Shown here: positions 7,811-10,619 of the stretch, piece by piece | How the letters are laid out: the number at the start of each line of letters is the position of its first letter | Position numbering within the stretch: the stretch's first letter is position 1 | Assembly: GCA_035285545.1 (NCBI GenBank) | Contig: JAYKGY010000108.1 | Coordinates: 1 to 10,619, forward strand | From: Snowella sp. | GTDB taxonomy: Bacteria > Cyanobacteriota > Cyanobacteriia > Cyanobacteriales > Microcystaceae | Direction of reading: 5' to 3' | DNA: 10,619 nt | The notes under the pieces: model-generated | What the model saw: only the letters and a program-made list of their open reading frames with translations | The model's database searches: none | What the model was told of the DNA's origin: nothing | Made by a program: the position numbers and the translations under genes

Positions 7811-8521
7811 ATGGCGAAATTTCAAAAAATGACCTGGTATGAACAGCAAAAACGCAGAAAATCAAACCCTTTTTTTCGCTTACTTGATCGCTCATTCCGA
7901 TTTCGCCTATTGATTGCCATTATGAGTGCATTCATTCTCCTTGCCCTGGTTCATCGTTTCGAGGTCTGTCGGGCAAAAAATTATTCCCCCGAATGCCAAT
8001 TTGCCGATTTTCCTGCTGTCATCACGGTTGGTAATGTCGAGGCATTTAGTATCATGGCTGCGGCTTTGCTCTACATCCTGGAAAGGGGACAACGCAAACA
8101 AAAAGAGCATATAGAAATGGTGGAAACCATCAACGCAATGAGGGAATCAGGAGCCATCAGAAGCGTGAGCCGAATTTTAGCCATTGAAGCCCTCGGTCGA
8201 GACGGAATTTGGTTTGATGGGCAGGATTTTCAGGGAACGAATTTAGAAGGGCTAGAAGTTCCCGATGTTCGCTTGAGAAACGTGAATTTTGCAGGGGCTA
8301 TTTTAACGGCTGCGGATTTTCGTCGGGCGGATTTAACGGGAGCCAATTTTACCGACGCGGATTTAACCGATGCAGACTTTACAGAGGCGGATTTAACGGG
8401 AGCCAATTTTACCGACGCGGATTTAACCGATGCAGACTTTACAGGAGCCAACCTATCCGGCGTTATTCTTACTGGCGCGCAATTAACGGGAACCCAGATC
8501 GAATCAGGGTTTCGTCCTTAA
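7811..8521 (+). CDS. Pentapeptide-repeat protein with N-terminal membrane segment(s)
   Basis: Basic N-terminus, hydrophobic LLIAIMSAFILLALV and AFSIMAAALLYIL, then A[D/N][L/F]T[G/D] repeats. AGAGG RBS directly upstream. Confidence 0.92.
   Translation: MAKFQKMTWYEQQKRRKSNPFFRLLDRSFRFRLLIAIMSAFILLALVHRFEVCRAKNYSPECQFADFPAVITVGNVEAFSIMAAALLYILERGQRKQKEHIEMVETINAMRESGAIRSVSRILAIEALGRDGIWFDGQDFQGTNLEGLEVPDVRLRNVNFAGAILTAADFRRADLTGANFTDADLTDADFTEADLTGANFTDADLTDADFTGANLSGVILTGAQLTGTQIESGFRP
8326..8444 (+). repeat. Exact tandem duplication with 60-bp period (59 identical nt)
   Basis: 8326-8384 is identical to 8386-8444 (GGCGGATTTAACGGGAGCCAATTTTACCGACGCGGATTTAACCGATGCAGACTTTACAG). Confidence 0.97.
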
Positions 8522-8586
8522 ACAGTCGGTTAAGAAAATTTCAAGTATTTATCACTTTAAATGAGTTAAATGAGCAATTTTAAATC

Positions 8587-8976
8587 ATGGTGGAGAAATC
8601 AATCCTTTTAGTCGAGCGTGAAGAGGGTATCCGAGAGATCTTACATCTCTGTTTGCACGATATCGGGGGCTGGAATGTGGTGGTAGCCTGTTCGGATCGG
8701 GAAGGATTGGAACAATTGGCGATCGTCCAACCGAAACCAGATGCCATTATTTTTGATATTCTCTTACCGGAAGAAAAAGACGGTTATGCCTTTTTAAAAG
8801 AGCTAAGTGGCCGTTTTCCCAACGATCTTCCCCCCATCGTTTTAATTACCTCGTTAGCGAAATGGTTCTCACGGGCTGACATGAAAGCATTAGGTATTAT
8901 TGGCGCGATCGCCAAACCGTTTGATTCTCGTGCCTTACCCCAAGAACTGGCCCAATTACTCGGTTGGTCATTGTAA
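8587..8976 (+). CDS. Second single-domain response regulator (atypical acidic pocket)
   Basis: ILLVEREE (normally DDE), IIFDILLP, LITS, IAKPF. Clear paralog of 7243..7623 (GW.VV; G.IAKPFD...L.W). Confidence 0.9.
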   Translation: MVEKSILLVEREEGIREILHLCLHDIGGWNVVVACSDREGLEQLAIVQPKPDAIIFDILLPEEKDGYAFLKELSGRFPNDLPPIVLITSLAKWFSRADMKALGIIGAIAKPFDSRALPQELAQLLGWSL

Positions 8977-8997
8977 ATAAGGATTTAAGCAGCCTGT

Positions 8998-9018
8998 ACT
9001 GTTCCCAGAGCAGTTTTT
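8998..9018 (+). terminator. Possible intrinsic terminator
   Basis: ACTGTTC-CCA-GAGCAGT forms a 7-bp stem (one G-U pair) followed by TTTT, 22 nt after the regulator stop codon. Confidence 0.35.
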
Positions 9019-9079
9019 AGGATATTCCCATTGTCGATAGCCCATCGTTATCCAAGATTGCATGAGCTTTCCAATTGAC

Positions 9080-9135
9080 TTTCTTATAAGTTTCTTAGAT
9101 TTCGATATGACTTTCTTAGATTTTCTGCGTATCGT
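9080..9135 (+). promoter_or_regulatory. Putative OmpR-type direct-repeat operator array plus -10 box upstream of the FGE-sulfatase genes
   Basis: TTTCTTA at 9080-9086, 9091-9097 and 9112-9118, with degenerate TTCGATA at 9101-9107. TATCGT at 9130-9135 lies 11 nt after the last heptamer. Confidence 0.65.
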
Positions 9136-9171
9136 GTAGAAAGTGCAAGTTATTATCGCGAAAAGATAGCA

Positions 9172-10146
9172 ATGAATCTGGTTCCCAGCCTATCCTCCCC
9201 AAAAGTCAAATCTCCTGGTCGTCCTCCTTTCAGGGAAATGGCTTGGATTCCATCGGGAAACTTTCAAATGGGGTCGAACCACCACTATCCGGAAGAAGCT
9301 CCGGCTCATCTGGTTAAAGTTAATGGGTTCTGGATTGATCGCTATCCTGTCACTAACTCGCAATTTCAAAAATTCGTCAAAGAAACTGGATACGTCACTT
9401 TTGCGGAGCGTCCCGCCAATCCGGATAACTACCCTGGTGCTAAACCCGAACTTCTTGAACCCTCCTCCACCGTATTTATTCCGCCGAAAAAAAACGTGGA
9501 TAAAAGCAACCACTACCATTGGTGGAACTACGTGCGGGGAGCCAATTGGCGGCATCCAGAAGGGCCTGGCAGTTCGATTAAAGGACGGGAAAAGCATCCG
9601 GTTGTTCACATTACCTACGAAGACGTAGAATCCTATGCTCGCTGGATTGGGAAAGAAATTCCTACTGAAGCTGAGTTTGAGTTTGCAGCCCAAGGCGGAT
9701 TAAAGGATGCTGAATTTGCTTGGGGAAATGAACTTCATCCTCGCGGTCAAATGATGGCCAATACGTGGCAAGGAGAGTTCCCCTATGAAAATACCCGTCA
9801 AGACGGTTATGAGCGGACTTCTCCGGTCGGATCTTTTCCTGCTAATGGCTATGGCCTCTACGACATGATCGGTAACGTTTGGGAATGGACGAGTGACTGG
9901 TATCGAGAACACCAGGAGATTAAAAAGCCTCCCTGTTGCACTGTCGATAATCCTCGTGGCGGAGCCTTGGAAAACAGTTTTGATCCCGCGATGCCTGACA
10001 TTAAAATTCCTCGAAAAGTCATTAAAGGCGGGTCGTTCCTTTGTGCGCCGAGTTACTGCCGTCGCTACCGTCCTGCGGCTCGGATGGCTCAAGCGATCGA
10101 TACCTCAACCTGTCATCTGGGTTTTCGTCTTATCGTGCGCGGATAG
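9172..10146 (+). CDS. Formylglycine-generating enzyme (FGE / SUMF1 family sulfatase-maturing enzyme)
   Basis: FQMGS..HYPEE.P.H, PVTN.QF, W..V.GANWRHPEGP, HPVVH, PTEAEFEFAA.GG, NGYGLYDMIGNVWEW, and the catalytic KGGSFLCAPSYCRRYRPAAR (Cys pair at 10042-10059), ending HLGFR. Confidence 0.96.
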   Translation: MNLVPSLSSPKVKSPGRPPFREMAWIPSGNFQMGSNHHYPEEAPAHLVKVNGFWIDRYPVTNSQFQKFVKETGYVTFAERPANPDNYPGAKPELLEPSSTVFIPPKKNVDKSNHYHWWNYVRGANWRHPEGPGSSIKGREKHPVVHITYEDVESYARWIGKEIPTEAEFEFAAQGGLKDAEFAWGNELHPRGQMMANTWQGEFPYENTRQDGYERTSPVGSFPANGYGLYDMIGNVWEWTSDWYREHQEIKKPPCCTVDNPRGGALENSFDPAMPDIKIPRKVIKGGSFLCAPSYCRRYRPAARMAQAIDTSTCHLGFRLIVRG

Positions 10147-10216
10147 TCAGTGCCAATAAAACGCTGGGGCAAAGGTTTTTCATGTACAAACCAAAAAACA
10201 ATTGGAGATCGTTTCT

Positions 10217-10619
10217 ATGCCTAAAAACAAACCCAATATCTTAATTATCTGGGGCGATGACATTGGCCAAAGCAACCTCAGTTGCTACACAGGCGGGCTG
10301 ATGGGTTACAAAACGCCTAACATCGATCGCATTGCCAACGAAGGTATTCGCTTCAACCACTACTACGGCGAGCAAAGTTGTACCGCAGGGCGAGCGGCCT
10401 TTATCACGGGACAGAGCGTTTTTCGGACGGGGTTGAGTAAAGTAGGACTCCCAGGAGCCGAATTGGGTTTTCGTGCAGAAGATCCGACCATTGCTGAACT
10501 CCTCAAACCTTTGGGTTATCGCACGGGTCAGTTTGGTAAAAATCACTTCGGCGATCGCGATGAGCATTTACCCACCATGCACGGCTTCGACGAATTTTTT
10601 GGTAATCTCTACCACCTCA
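10217..10619 (+). CDS. Arylsulfatase (type I, Cys-type), 5' part, runs off the window
   Basis: [17 protein letters not shown]...[11 protein letters not shown]...[15 protein letters not shown]...[14 protein letters not shown]...[13 protein letters not shown]. Metal-binding DD, CTAGR signature at 10379-10393, GKNH motif, GGAG RBS at 10204-10207. Not in the supplied ORF track. Confidence 0.96.
   Translation, partial: MPKNKPNILIIWGDDIGQSNLSCYTGGLMGYKTPNIDRIANEGIRFNHYYGEQSCTAGRAAFITGQSVFRTGLSKVGLPGAELGFRAEDPTIAELLKPLGYRTGQFGKNHFGDRDEHLPTMHGFDEFFGNLYHL

Larger units (their letters stand above)
1911..10558. repeat. HIP1 octamers GCGATCGC (dispersed)
   Basis: Copies start at 1911, 1942, 3174, 3351, 3887, 4264, 4626, 6525, 6977, 7511, 7628, 8905 and 10551. 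This over-representation is typical of cyanobacteria. Confidence 0.93.

Noticed and set aside
1362..8114. Short alternative-frame or antisense ORFs inside the Uma2, regulator, kinase, receiver and pentapeptide genes
   Set aside because: They are shadow ORFs with no domain signatures or independent expression signals.
8230..8451. Minus-strand ORF with VKSAS repeats
   Set aside because: It is the antisense shadow of the pentapeptide-repeat codons.
8531..8575. Single reverse heptamer TAAGAAA (8531-8537) and a TAAATGAG pair upstream of the second receiver
   Set aside because: The heptamer is isolated and inverted, the pair has a 9-bp period, and both are plausible by chance in AT-rich DNA.
9172..10146. 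EgtB/PvdO or DGR-target interpretation of the FGE-fold protein
   Set aside because: The catalytic CxxxxC motif and the adjacent sulfatase indicate a true FGE. No DinB domain, template repeat or reverse transcriptase is visible.
9190..10567. Overlapping ORFs 9190-9693, 9323-9628, 9700-10092, 9893-10159, 10041-10244 and 10241-10567
   Set aside because: They overlap the well-supported FGE and arylsulfatase genes in other frames or on the other strand and have no recognisable motifs.

Overview
Cyanobacterial chromosome segment (at least 13 HIP1 GCGATCGC octamers) with two parts. The left part (1-~2250) is AT-rich and decaying. It holds the right end of an ISL3-family IS that appears inserted into a large pentapeptide-repeat gene, a Uma2/DUF820 endonuclease gene, and a small antitoxin-like gene whose neighbouring toxin gene is reduced to a 59-bp remnant. 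The right part (~2430-10619) is a co-oriented signalling and sulfatase cluster: an RcaC-like REC-wHTH-HPt-REC regulator with a degenerate GGDEF tail, a membrane Cache-like/HAMP/PAS/PAS histidine kinase, two single-domain receivers, a membrane-anchored pentapeptide protein, a formylglycine-generating enzyme and the start of an arylsulfatase. The strongest non-obvious signal is a TTTCTTA-N4-TTTCTTA direct-repeat array upstream of both the pentapeptide gene and the FGE-sulfatase genes. In both places the last repeat lies exactly 11 nt before a TAnnnT -10 box. This suggests an RcaEFC-type phosphorelay with an extracytoplasmic chemical sensor that directly activates a sulfatase regulon (inference).
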